DNA from: Nitrospiraceae bacterium
Lineage (GTDB): Bacteria > Nitrospirota > Nitrospiria > Nitrospirales > Nitrospiraceae
Direction of reading: 5' to 3'
DNA: 64,000 bases
NCBI GenBank assembly: GCA_050246315.1
Contig: JBFWWG010000005.1
Coordinates: 160,001-224,000 of the forward strand
Shown here: positions 44,301 through 53,433 of the stretch, piece after piece
Layout of the letters: each line of letters begins with the position of its first letter
Position numbering within the stretch: the stretch's first letter is position 1
Made by a program: the position numbers and the translations under genes
Notes under the pieces: model-generated
Database searches by the model: none
What the model was told of the DNA's origin: nothing
What the model saw: only the letters and a program-made list of their open reading frames with translations

Positions 44301-44463
44301 CTCTCCGGCGGCGGCAATGGGGAGGGCTGCACCCGATGAGCCGCCGGTTCACACGAAGGTGAATTATCTGGAAGTGAAGGAATCACTTGAGGGGTTCTCG
44401 GCGGGCGGCAATAAAGAGAGGCTCCGCCTGAATAGCCCGCCGATCAACCGAAGGTTGGTATGG
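44301..44463 (+). repeat. tRNA-Arg-linked array of two structured repeat units
   Basis: CCGGCGGC/GCCGCCGG (44305-44347) and TCGGCGGGC/GCCCGCCGA (44398-44443), then CAACCGAAGGTTG-GTA-TGG, where TGG is the tRNA CCA. Confidence 0.88.
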
Positions 44464-44537
44464 TGCCCCCGACACGAATTGAACGTGCGACACGCGGTTT
44501 AGGAAACCGCTGCTCTATCCAACTGAGCTACGGGGGC
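44461..44537 (-). tRNA. tRNA-Arg (anticodon CCT)
   Basis: GCCCCCG...CGGGGGC-A-CCA; arm GCGGT-TT-CCT-AA-ACCGC. Confidence 0.96.
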
Positions 44538-44660
44538 GTGGGGGAAGTCTCGCACAGTCCTGTCCACTGAGGCAAGGGAACGAGAGCGCCGGGCCTGACC
44601 GGCTCCGAGGACGCGTGGCGTCGTCGGAGCACGTCCCTTGGATTTCAGGAACCCGCAGCC

Positions 44661-45083
44661 CTACTGACGGTTGGCCTGATCCCGCTTGCAGCTTTCTTCC
44701 GCGAGCATGCGCTGTCCTGCTGAGGCATCCTTGGGAATGCGCGCCATGCAGGCATCCAACGTGTCTCCTTGCGTTCCTGACGATACCCGGTCGCCGCTCT
44801 TCGTCGAGGCGGTTCCGACGACGCTTTGCCGAACGGCTTCGTCGCGGCGGCAGCTTTCTTCGGCCACCATGCGGGTACCAGGGCTGGAATCCTTCGGGAT
44901 TCTGGCCAGACAGGCATTCAGCTCCGCGTTGGAATCTGCCGCGCCTTTGGCGGCGGTCCCTGACGTTGTTGAAGAGGTCGCGGCGGAGCCGCCCGTCATA
45001 CTACCCTGTTCGGTGGCGCACGCAGCCAAACCAAACATGAAGGCGACACTTAGTACAGTTGATCGGACGGACATCCTGTTCAT
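44661..45083 (-). CDS. Lipoprotein with two internal Cys-pair repeats
   Basis: RBS GAGGAGG; lipobox LAAC; repeats AC.ARIPKD...G.RM.AEESC.RD.A. Confidence 0.8.
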   Translation of the reverse strand: MNRMSVRSTVLSVAFMFGLAACATEQGSMTGGSAATSSTTSGTAAKGAADSNAELNACLARIPKDSSPGTRMVAEESCRRDEAVRQSVVGTASTKSGDRVSSGTQGDTLDACMARIPKDASAGQRMLAEESCKRDQANRQ

Positions 45084-45181
45084 ACGGTAAACCCTCCTCA
45101 ATGGAATAAATAGTCGGCGATGGGTCGAGTCCTGTCGGCTGAGGGAAGGGTTATAGCGAACTGGCATGACGAAGGCAAGCG

Positions 45182-46558
45182 CTACGGCTTCTTTTCGGCT
45201 GGCTCAACCGGCTTGATCAGTGACAATTTTTCGGGAATTTGAGTCAAGATGTCGGCGCGAGCCTGGAAAACGCCCGGCATGGCTTGGCCGATGGCATAGA
45301 CCAGACCGCTGGATTGATTCCCGAGGACCAAGCGGCCGCTCTGACTGCCGTCCTTTCCCGTGGCCGTAAACTCGGCGGTTGGAGCGACCAGTCCGTAGGG
45401 CGCCAGGGACCCAGGCTGTTTGACCACCCGTATCTCGGCTGGCAAGTTGACAACCCGGCTCACGAACAGATCCACGGTTTCTTGATTCAATTTCTCTTCC
45501 GGTCGATCCTCCAATACCCACTGGCCGCTTTGATTGATGAGCTGGTATTGCTCGGTGCGGGTCTTCACGGCCAGCATGGCGACCATCTCAAAGTCGAGCC
45601 CCAGCAATCGTTTGTCCTGCAAGGTAAAGAGATCCTTGGTCAGGTCCTTCAGCATGGCCGGACTAATTCGATAGAGCGGTCCCGCTGCGGAGGTCTCGGC
45701 GAACGCCTCGCCGCTGCTGGTCTCGCTTTGATAGAGCTTGACCGTATGGTCCGCGCCAGCTGCATGGACGGTGATCTGCGCCAGCGGTTTCTTCAGCGTC
45801 TTGGCGATTTCCACTCGTTCCGGACCCGGATCGATGATGCCGATGGCTTTCAGAGCCTCCAGGCGAAACAGAAAGGACCGAACCTCGCTCTGGTCGGCAT
45901 TGGCTTCGATCGGAGCCCGGATCTTCCACTTTTTGGCCGGTTTATCATCCATCAGGTACAGGACGATTTCTGTCGGTGGATAGGTTAGGCGTAGGCGATC
46001 GGCTTGGGCGTGCTCGAACGGAAGAATTTCCTTGCGGCGGAAGGTCATCACCGTCTTGTTCAAGAAATCCTTGACCGCCAAATCGGTGAGGAGCACCTGT
46101 TTGTCGGACTCGCGCAACACGTAGAGCGTGGAGGAAAGGGGACCGACATCGCCGATGCCGAAGGTCTCCTGCTGATCCTGCGTTCTGACCGTCACCGTCA
46201 CCGGCGGGTGTTCGAGCCCGAAAGGACGGAGCGACTCCTGTGTCGTCTCGATCACACGCGAGACCTTCCCGAGGACTAAGGCGCGGATCATCGATTGGGC
46301 CTCGCGGGTGTCCGCCTCGGCCTGCACCGGAGCGGTCATCATCCAGTTGCGAGACTCGTCAGTTTTCAGCTCGATGGTGCCCTGAGCGGACTTGATCCCG
46401 AGCCCGGTGATGGCCTTTTCTTCGAAAGAGAGCAGTTTGGATTTCTGCGCCTCGGTCTCTTCCTCTCGTTGTTGGCTCGGCAGTTCGACGAAATAGAGGT
46501 AGGCTCCCAACCCCGCCAGGAGCAATGCCAGCGCGATGCTGCCTCGGTAGCGGGACAT
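45182..46558 (-). CDS. DUF4340 domain protein
   Basis: N-terminal TM, repeated W...P....AD and FGL..P/YGL..P modules; follows GldG-like gene. Confidence 0.82.
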   Translation of the reverse strand: MSRYRGSIALALLLAGLGAYLYFVELPSQQREEETEAQKSKLLSFEEKAITGLGIKSAQGTIELKTDESRNWMMTAPVQAEADTREAQSMIRALVLGKVSRVIETTQESLRPFGLEHPPVTVTVRTQDQQETFGIGDVGPLSSTLYVLRESDKQVLLTDLAVKDFLNKTVMTFRRKEILPFEHAQADRLRLTYPPTEIVLYLMDDKPAKKWKIRAPIEANADQSEVRSFLFRLEALKAIGIIDPGPERVEIAKTLKKPLAQITVHAAGADHTVKLYQSETSSGEAFAETSAAGPLYRISPAMLKDLTKDLFTLQDKRLLGLDFEMVAMLAVKTRTEQYQLINQSGQWVLEDRPEEKLNQETVDLFVSRVVNLPAEIRVVKQPGSLAPYGLVAPTAEFTATGKDGSQSGRLVLGNQSSGLVYAIGQAMPGVFQARADILTQIPEKLSLIKPVEPAEKKP

Positions 46559-46561
46559 AGC

Positions 46562-48091
46562 TTACAAGCGGCGGCGGCGTCGCCAGACGGAGAGGCCGTA
46601 GAAAAAGGTGGCGGCGGGAAGCAGCAACACCTGCACGTAGAGCAGAATCCGTTCCTGGTTGGGATTGGGGACGAAGGGGCGGAACGCCGGTTCCTTCGGT
46701 GTGATTGAGACCAGATCACGCTCTTGAGCGAGCCAGCCGATGACGTGCAGGAAGAAATCCGTGTTGCCTGGAAAGTTGACGTACGCGTTGCTGGCAAAGG
46801 TGGAATTGCCGACGATGACGACCGCGGGTCGCGGCTGACCTTCTGCCGGGGTTTGCTTAGGGGTCAGGGTGCCGGCAAGCGGCAAGGGACCCTGCACGTC
46901 CTTGCCGGTGTTGAAGCTGATCACCTTCCCATCGAGTTCCGTTTCGGCCCAACTGCGCGGGGAGGTACGGGCCAGCGGCACAAAATCCCACTCCTTGGCG
47001 GCCTCGTCGGAGAACGAGAGATGCCGCGTGCTCGGCATCAAGACTGCGGAGTTCAAATCCTGCGTGATCTCATGTTCGGTGAAGGTGCGCACGAGCAGGG
47101 CGGTGAGGTCTCCCAACGCGAGCCGGTCCTGCATGTCTACCAGCACGCCGGGACCAAGGGTTACGCCCCATTGCTGCAGCAATGGGTCCAGGCCGGTCTT
47201 GATCTCAGGATCAACCATGATCAGGAGGCGCCCCCCCTTTGCGACGAATTGCTTCAATCGCTCCCGCTCGTCCGCGGTGACCGCTCGTTGGGGACCGCCG
47301 ATCACCAGAACGGATGTGTTCTCCGGCACGGCGGCCTCTTGGAGCAGGGAAAGGGAAGCCACGTCATAGCCCTGTTTAGTCAAGGCCTCCTTCACCGTTT
47401 CGAACCCGGTCCGCTCTCGATCGTTGAGGCTATGCTCCCCGTGCCCTTCCAGGAACAGAATCCGCTTCTTGGTATCGCGGGTCACCCGGATCAGGGCACT
47501 GGTCAGTTCGGCTTCCGAAGGCGTGGTGATGCGCACCGTTTCGGTTCCGCTTTCGAGCACGGCCGTGTTCAGCCTGGTGATCCCATGTTTGCGGGCCTCG
47601 TCAGGCCTCCGCTCAGGATCGACGAACTCAACCGTGACCCGGTCGTTGCTTCCTCGATAACTGTCCAACAGGTCTCTGTAGGCAGTGGCTCCCGGACTCC
47701 GGTCCTGCGCAAAGACCGTGACTCGGACCTCTTGTTTAAGGCTGCGAAGGATCTTGTGGGTCTGCGGCGCCAGGGTAAAGCTTTGCGTCTCGGAGAGGTC
47801 CCAGTTCTTGACGTGACGGGCCGCGAGAAAATTGACGATGCCGAGAATCGCCGAGAACATTGCGACCATGAGGAAGCTGTTCGCGCCGAGTCTCGTGGAC
47901 CGTCGAGCCGAGAACTCCTTGAGCCTGTGGAAGCGGGAGACAAGAAAGAGGATCAAGCAACAGGTCGCAAGTCCGAATATGAGCAACACCAACCAGGTCC
48001 GTTCGGGCGCCAGGCTATAGAGGATGATGCTCGTCGCTGCAAGGATGCCCCCGGCCACACCGGCGAGGGATGCGAATCGCGTTACTTCCAT
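46562..48091 (-). CDS. GldG-like ABC transporter auxiliary component
   Basis: WDLSE..SFTLAP, FVDPE, FLEGHGE, GGRLLIMVDP, C-terminal TM then WRRRRR. Confidence 0.88.
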   Translation of the reverse strand: MEVTRFASLAGVAGGILAATSIILYSLAPERTWLVLLIFGLATCCLILFLVSRFHRLKEFSARRSTRLGANSFLMVAMFSAILGIVNFLAARHVKNWDLSETQSFTLAPQTHKILRSLKQEVRVTVFAQDRSPGATAYRDLLDSYRGSNDRVTVEFVDPERRPDEARKHGITRLNTAVLESGTETVRITTPSEAELTSALIRVTRDTKKRILFLEGHGEHSLNDRERTGFETVKEALTKQGYDVASLSLLQEAAVPENTSVLVIGGPQRAVTADERERLKQFVAKGGRLLIMVDPEIKTGLDPLLQQWGVTLGPGVLVDMQDRLALGDLTALLVRTFTEHEITQDLNSAVLMPSTRHLSFSDEAAKEWDFVPLARTSPRSWAETELDGKVISFNTGKDVQGPLPLAGTLTPKQTPAEGQPRPAVVIVGNSTFASNAYVNFPGNTDFFLHVIGWLAQERDLVSITPKEPAFRPFVPNPNQERILLYVQVLLLPAATFFYGLSVWRRRRRL

Positions 48092-48858
48092 CGCTGTGAC
48101 TCCACGACGCGATGGGCTAGGAAGAGCATCAACGCGATCCCAGAGATGAAATACACCAAGTCCTTGGTGCTCACGAGGCCTCTCACCAATCGATCGAAGT
48201 GCTCGATGACGGAGAGATATGAAATGGCATGGCCAAGGGGGTTGTCCCCGAGGAGCGAACCCACGGCGAACAGAAACCAAACTAGGACCGAGAGGCCAAA
48301 ACTCAGGAAGGCGGCGACGATCTGGTTTTCGGTCAGGGTGGAGGCGAACACGCCGGTGGCCAACAGTAACCCTCCCAGCAAGACAAGCCCCAGATAGCCG
48401 GTCCACACCGGATACCAATCGAAACTGCTGAACAGCGAGAGCACGACGGGCACGAGTCCGGTCAGAGCGAGCATGCCGAGAAAAGTCAGAAAGACGCTCA
48501 AGAATTTTCCCAGCACCATATCGGTGACGCTGATCGGTGCCGTCATCAAGAATTCAAACGTGCGCAGTTTGCGCTCTTCTGCAAATAGCCGCATCGTCAG
48601 GAGCGGCAGAATTAACAGGAGGATCGTCGAGGTCGTTCCGAAGATCGGACGAAAGACCATGTCGTTCAGATTGACTTGGGCCATCCCTCCCTGCATTTGC
48701 ATCATACGGATGGCTTGGTTGCCGGCGCTGACCACCGCGATCTGGGCGAGGACGCCGAATATCAGAAGGAACACGGCCGCGACCACATAAATGATCGGCG
48801 ACACAAACGCGGAACGCAGTTCCTTGGCGATGATGGCCTTGATCGGAGTCATAATCAC
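48082..48858 (-). CDS. ABC-2 permease, GldF-like
   Basis: KELRSAFVSP, PLLTMRLFAEERKLRTFE, LGKF, TENQIVA. Confidence 0.9.
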   Translation of the reverse strand: MIMTPIKAIIAKELRSAFVSPIIYVVAAVFLLIFGVLAQIAVVSAGNQAIRMMQMQGGMAQVNLNDMVFRPIFGTTSTILLLILPLLTMRLFAEERKLRTFEFLMTAPISVTDMVLGKFLSVFLTFLGMLALTGLVPVVLSLFSSFDWYPVWTGYLGLVLLGGLLLATGVFASTLTENQIVAAFLSFGLSVLVWFLFAVGSLLGDNPLGHAISYLSVIEHFDRLVRGLVSTKDLVYFISGIALMLFLAHRVVESQRWK

Positions 48859-49856
48859 GCAGGCGGCAAGACGGCTCGACCGGCCTCCTTCTCATCGGTG
48901 TCGGAGGCGGCAGCCGTTCCGGCTGGGATCCCTTCTTCATGTTGGGTCAGGCGCAGGAAGACGTCTTCCAACGTCATCGAGACGGTGCGCAGCTCCAAGA
49001 GTCCCCAGTTGCGGGCAACCACGAAGCGAGCAATCTCCTCCCTCATATCGCGTCCGAGTTCGGATTCGATCAAGGCCGATTGCGCATGCTCGGCCGGAAT
49101 AACCGACAGGATGCCGGGCATCGTCCGCAATTGCTCCACCCAATCTGCGGGAGGGGTCTTGAGCGTCACGCTTATTTTTTCCGACCGGCGGAGGCGTGCC
49201 GATAATTGCTCGGGGCTGTCCTCGGCCACGATGCGCCCGCCGTTGATGATGACCACCCGGCGGCACAGTGCGGTCGCTTCCGGTAGGATATGCGTGCTGA
49301 GGATAATCGTATGGGACTGGGCCAGGTCCTTGATCAATTGCCGGATTTCGAGGATTTGCTTTGGGTCCAATCCGACCGTCGGTTCATCCAGGATCAAGAC
49401 CGGCGGATCGTGGATCAGCGCCTGGGCGAGGCCGACCCGTTGCCGATATCCACGTGACAGGTTCGCGATCAGCCTGCCGCGAACGGTGCCGAGCGAAAGG
49501 CGGTCCACCACCGCGTCCATCCGCTGGCGCAGGGTTGCGCCGGACAACGCACGCAATCGGGCGACGAATGTCAGGTATTCCTCAACAGTCAGTTCCTGGT
49601 AAACCGGAGGGGTTTCAGGCAGATAGCCGATATGGCGTTTGACTTCGGTGGGCTGCTCAAAACAATCAAATCCTGCCACGGTGGCCCGGCCTTCTGTCGC
49701 CGGCATGAAGCAGGTAAGGATACGCATCGTCGTGGTCTTGCCGGCGCCGTTCGGGCCCAAAAAGGCCAGCACTTCACCCTTCTCAACAGAGAATGACACA
49801 TCCTGAATCGCGGTCAGTTGGCCGTACCGCTTTGTGACGTGGTGAACGTGGATCAT
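48855..49856 (-). CDS. ABC transporter ATP-binding protein, GldA-like
   Basis: GPNGAGKT, LSRGYRQR, LDEPT, STH. Confidence 0.95.
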   Translation of the reverse strand: MIHVHHVTKRYGQLTAIQDVSFSVEKGEVLAFLGPNGAGKTTTMRILTCFMPATEGRATVAGFDCFEQPTEVKRHIGYLPETPPVYQELTVEEYLTFVARLRALSGATLRQRMDAVVDRLSLGTVRGRLIANLSRGYRQRVGLAQALIHDPPVLILDEPTVGLDPKQILEIRQLIKDLAQSHTIILSTHILPEATALCRRVVIINGGRIVAEDSPEQLSARLRRSEKISVTLKTPPADWVEQLRTMPGILSVIPAEHAQSALIESELGRDMREEIARFVVARNWGLLELRTVSMTLEDVFLRLTQHEEGIPAGTAAASDTDEKEAGRAVLPPA

Positions 49857-50054
49857 GGAGCCGGAGTCATGAATCTAAGTCTACGGAGGTGTGAGGCGGT
49901 TTATGAGAAGCAAGGGTCCAACGGTATCGTGCGCGGTGACACAGGGTGTTCGCGGATACTACTAAGTCGCCGCCGCAGCGTCAAGGCATCTGCGCCTAAC
50001 CCGACCAGGTTTTTTGTTGGACCCGCACGGCCTGAGCTGAGAAGGAGATGCGGC

Positions 50055-50083
50055 TTTACAGAAAGGGCGGGACTCGCTATAGT
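50055..50083 (+). promoter_or_regulatory. Sigma-70-type promoter
   Basis: TTTACA-17 bp-TATAGT upstream of the lipoprotein gene. Confidence 0.6.
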
Positions 50084-50251
50084 TCGCACCCATTCCCAAT
50101 ACGGCGCCTCCGGTCTCGCTCGTGCTGCCTCGCAAGGACGCAGGTACTCGGAGGCGTACAGCAAGGTGGGGTTGTCGCGTTGGGACCAAGAGAGATCATG
50201 AGAAAAGGTGAATTGGGGGAGAGCAGTGCGTCTTTGGTAAGGGAGGAGATT

Positions 50252-50875
50252 GTGAAGAGACTAATTGCTGGACTAGGAATCGGGCTCGGGGTCGTCATGA
50301 TGCTCGGCTGTTCGGGCCCAAGCGAAATGATCAGCTTGTCGATTCCCAGCATGCGCGATCCGGCGGCGGCCAAGACGGCCAAGAGTGCCGGTCCGACGGT
50401 CGGGGTCGTTCGGTTCGAAGACAAGCGGGCCAACCGGTCGCACCTCGGCACGAAAACCGGCAGACTGGGCGGCATCGAGAATTTCGGCGTACGAGGCAAT
50501 GATCCTGGTCAGGCCGCGGCCACTGCCCTCACCGATTACCTGCGAAGCAAAGGCTGGAATGCATCCGTCATGTCCGAGAACGCGGCCAGTTCAGCCGATG
50601 TCATGGTATCCGGCGAGATCCAGGAAATGGAAGTGGACGCCAAGAACGGTTTCTTTTCCACTGACCTCTGGTCCAAGGTGAAGATCCTTGTCCAGGGTAA
50701 CAACAAGAACGACGGCAGCAAGGTCCGAATGACATTGACCGGCAGCGGTACGGACAGCGTGTTTTGGTTCAGCCCGGACGATGCGCAAGGATTGGTCAAC
50801 GATGTGATGACGGAAAGCTTCTCAAAGCTAGTGTCTTCGACGAAATTCGAGAACGGCGCACTACGTCTCAATTGA
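50252..50875 (+). CDS. Lipoprotein (YajG-like)
   Basis: RBS GGAGGAG, GTG start, MLGC lipobox, FEDKR motif. Confidence 0.75.
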   Translation: MKRLIAGLGIGLGVVMMLGCSGPSEMISLSIPSMRDPAAAKTAKSAGPTVGVVRFEDKRANRSHLGTKTGRLGGIENFGVRGNDPGQAAATALTDYLRSKGWNASVMSENAASSADVMVSGEIQEMEVDAKNGFFSTDLWSKVKILVQGNNKNDGSKVRMTLTGSGTDSVFWFSPDDAQGLVNDVMTESFSKLVSSTKFENGALRLN

Positions 50876-51116
50876 CCTCATGATCTCGGCAGGGCGGATG
50901 CGTTCCGGTCTCCGCCTCTTTACTATCCTGCACTATCCTGCTCAATCGGGGGAGAGCCGGATCGATCGGGGACCTGCCTGGGGCGGTGTGTTTCCTCAGC
51001 ATGCAGCGGAACCGTTCGTCCTACCTCGCGACGAATTTTCGCCTCCCGCGGATGAGAGGAAAGGGGTACCTCAAGGGGGTTGGCGCTTGTGGTCGGTTGG
51101 CTTACGGTGAGTCGTC

Positions 51117-51749
51117 ATGCAGCCGATGGTTTCGAATTCCACCCGGAGCGAGCGTAGCATGAACGCCATCTCTCTTGATCGTCGCGTGAGCACCCTGTTG
51201 GCCGGTGTCTTGCTGGTGGGGTTGAGTGGGTGCAGTGTTTTACCCAAGGGTGTTGTCACGCTGGATGTTGGGGAGCAGGATCGCGGCGTGGCCTCGTGGT
51301 ATGGCGAATCCTTTCACGGCAGACTGGCTGCCGACGGCAAAATCTTTGATATGTATGCGCTAACGGGTGCCCATCGAACCTTGCCCCTGGGCACGGTCGT
51401 TCGAGTCGTCAATGCCGTCAACGGCAGGTCGGTGCTGATCCGGATTACCGATCGGGGGCCCTATATCGAAGGCCGCATGCTTGACCTCTCGTATGCCGCG
51501 GCCGAGCGCTTGGGGATGGCGGTCCAGGGTCTCTCGCCGGTCTTGGTTGAGGTCGTCGGGAGTCAAGACTTCCTGGTTCAACACGTTGGCATCGCAGTGG
51601 CCACCCTCGAAACGGCGGTCGGTTGGAACACGAACATGGGACGCTTACCGTCAGCCCGTTCAGTTCCGAGTGTCGAAGCGCTGATCCCTCTCCGACCCGG
51701 GGATGTGTGGGGCGGGCGGCGCGAGCGTCGCTGGTTGATCGAAGTGTGA
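51117..51749 (+). CDS. rlpA: Septal ring lytic transglycosylase RlpA family lipoprotein
   Basis: GVASWYG..FHG, AHRTLPLGT, ITDRGP, LDLSYAAA; start uncertain. Confidence 0.9.
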   Translation: MQPMVSNSTRSERSMNAISLDRRVSTLLAGVLLVGLSGCSVLPKGVVTLDVGEQDRGVASWYGESFHGRLAADGKIFDMYALTGAHRTLPLGTVVRVVNAVNGRSVLIRITDRGPYIEGRMLDLSYAAAERLGMAVQGLSPVLVEVVGSQDFLVQHVGIAVATLETAVGWNTNMGRLPSARSVPSVEALIPLRPGDVWGGRRERRWLIEV

Positions 51750-51882
51750 CCTCATTACTCCCTCCTCCTACCTTCTCTCGTAGGGTCGGTCTGGTTGACA
51801 GGGCTCGAAACAACACACTACACTTCGAGAAATCCAGGGGGTGGTTTACTGTGCCATCTGCAAGAAGGAGCAGCGCATCTCT

Positions 51883-52086
51883 ATGCCCAAGAAAACGCAA
51901 GAGGAGAAGGACGAATCCAGGCTCAAGACCAAACTGCGCGAAAGGCTGGCAGGTCACGCCAACCCGGAAGGGGATGCGGCGTTGCGGGCTCTTCACAAAC
52001 GACTGAAGCGGACTCAACGCAAGCGGCGTGCGTTGGCAGCCCGGAAGGTCCGAGCCGCCGGAGCCGCAAGTACCGAGCAAAAGTAG
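51883..52086 (+). CDS. Small basic hypothetical protein
   Basis: RBS-like AAGGAG; K/R-rich helical 67 aa. Confidence 0.55.
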   Translation: MPKKTQEEKDESRLKTKLRERLAGHANPEGDAALRALHKRLKRTQRKRRALAARKVRAAGAASTEQK

Positions 52087-52125
52087 ATTGACAGACTGAT
52101 TCGATCGACAGGAGCATGGCAGACA

Positions 52126-52971
52126 ATGGATAAACCGAATCACGAACCGACCCCCCCTGAGGGGGTTTCCGCTTCCGCGGATCAAGCGGCTCAGGATGAA
52201 TTGACCGACCAGCTGTCCGCCCGGTTGACCGCCGAAGCATCGGCTCCAGAGGGAGAGGTTCAGGCTGCGGATCAGACCGCCGAGGAAACCGTCATCCTTG
52301 AAGAGGAAGTGGTCAAGGATGAGATCGATATCCAGATCGATCTTTTGAAAGACTCCGATTGGGTCGTGCGCCGGGAGGCTGTGGTCACGCTTGGTGAGAT
52401 GGCCGATGAACGGTGTGTGGAGCCGTTGTGCAATGCCCTCCGCGACGGTGATTGGCAGGTTCGTGAGGCGGCGGTGGAGGGTTTGGCGAATGTCGGGTCT
52501 CCCGCCGTCGAGTTGCTCATCAAACTGCTGCGCGATTGGGATGTTCGGAAATATGCCATCCAAAGCCTGGGCAAGATCAAAGATGAACGGGTGTTGGAGC
52601 CCTTGGTCGCGCAGTTGCGCAGCGATGAGTTTCGGGAAGACGCCACCACTGCGCTCTCCGAGCTCGGAAAGCCCGCGGTGGACCGGCTGGTCAAGGCGCT
52701 GAAGGATAAGGACGAGACCGTTCGCAAACAGGTGGTCCTCATTCTGGGTCGGATCAAGGATGGGAGTGCGGTCGATTCGCTCATCGGGATGCTCGGCGAT
52801 CCGGATTGGTTTGTGCGCCTTACCGCGGCGGCGGCCTTGGAAGCCATTCACGACGAGCGGGGGCGGGAAGCGATCAAGCCGTTAATGAAAGATCCGGACC
52901 TGGTGGTCCGCCTGCGCGTCGAACGTATTCTCGCTGCGTGGAAGAAGCGACAGCAGGAAGTCAACGCCTGA
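52126..52971 (+). CDS. HEAT/PBS-lyase repeat protein
   Basis: Repeated D.DW.VR..A...LG units. Confidence 0.9.
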   Translation: MDKPNHEPTPPEGVSASADQAAQDELTDQLSARLTAEASAPEGEVQAADQTAEETVILEEEVVKDEIDIQIDLLKDSDWVVRREAVVTLGEMADERCVEPLCNALRDGDWQVREAAVEGLANVGSPAVELLIKLLRDWDVRKYAIQSLGKIKDERVLEPLVAQLRSDEFREDATTALSELGKPAVDRLVKALKDKDETVRKQVVLILGRIKDGSAVDSLIGMLGDPDWFVRLTAAAALEAIHDERGREAIKPLMKDPDLVVRLRVERILAAWKKRQQEVNA

Positions 52972-52982
52972 GCATGGCGGAC

Positions 52983-53417
52983 CTACTTTTGTAACAGCTC
53001 GTCCATTTCCTTCTGGATTCCGTCCAGTTTCGTCGGGCCGAATTTCTTCCCGATCGTCAGCTCCAACCGCACTTCCTTCACCTGCGCGACCAGCGTGCGC
53101 AACCTGGCGGAAACGGCAGGCTCCCGAGTTCCGTGGAGCGCCTGCTCCATGGCATCAATAGTTTCCGCCAGTTCCTTTCCCGCATGACCGTAGTTCCGCT
53201 CCGCCAGATCCAGCTTGGCCTGCACCAACCGTGCTTTGGCATCGACGAGTCCTTGGCGACGGCGGAGGTCACGCTCGATTCCCAATGTGGTGTCCATGAC
53301 ATTTTTCGACAGTTCTCTGACCTTCTCCGACAATGGCTTGAGCGGAAGCTGTCCGAATACATAGCCAGCGGCGAACGCGACGGAGATGAGGACAAGCAGG
53401 CCGAGAAATCTCAACAT
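52983..53417 (-). CDS. Hypothetical membrane-anchored helical protein
   Basis: N-terminal TM; AR..L..A..DLAERNYG.A motif. Confidence 0.75.
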   Translation of the reverse strand: MLRFLGLLVLISVAFAAGYVFGQLPLKPLSEKVRELSKNVMDTTLGIERDLRRRQGLVDAKARLVQAKLDLAERNYGHAGKELAETIDAMEQALHGTREPAVSARLRTLVAQVKEVRLELTIGKKFGPTKLDGIQKEMDELLQK

Positions 53418-53433
53418 GGCGTAGGCTCGTGCG

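Noticed and set aside
44301..44460. Hammerhead ribozyme (CTGATGA/CTGAAGA-like sequence in several units)
   Set aside because: The required stem II followed by GAAA is missing (units have CGAAG), and many copies read CCGA instead of CTGA.
49960..50170. SRP RNA or 6S RNA in the intergenic gap
   Set aside because: No SRP domain IV (CAGG..GGAA..AGCAG) signature or 6S-like long rod; explained by a promoter and leader hairpin.
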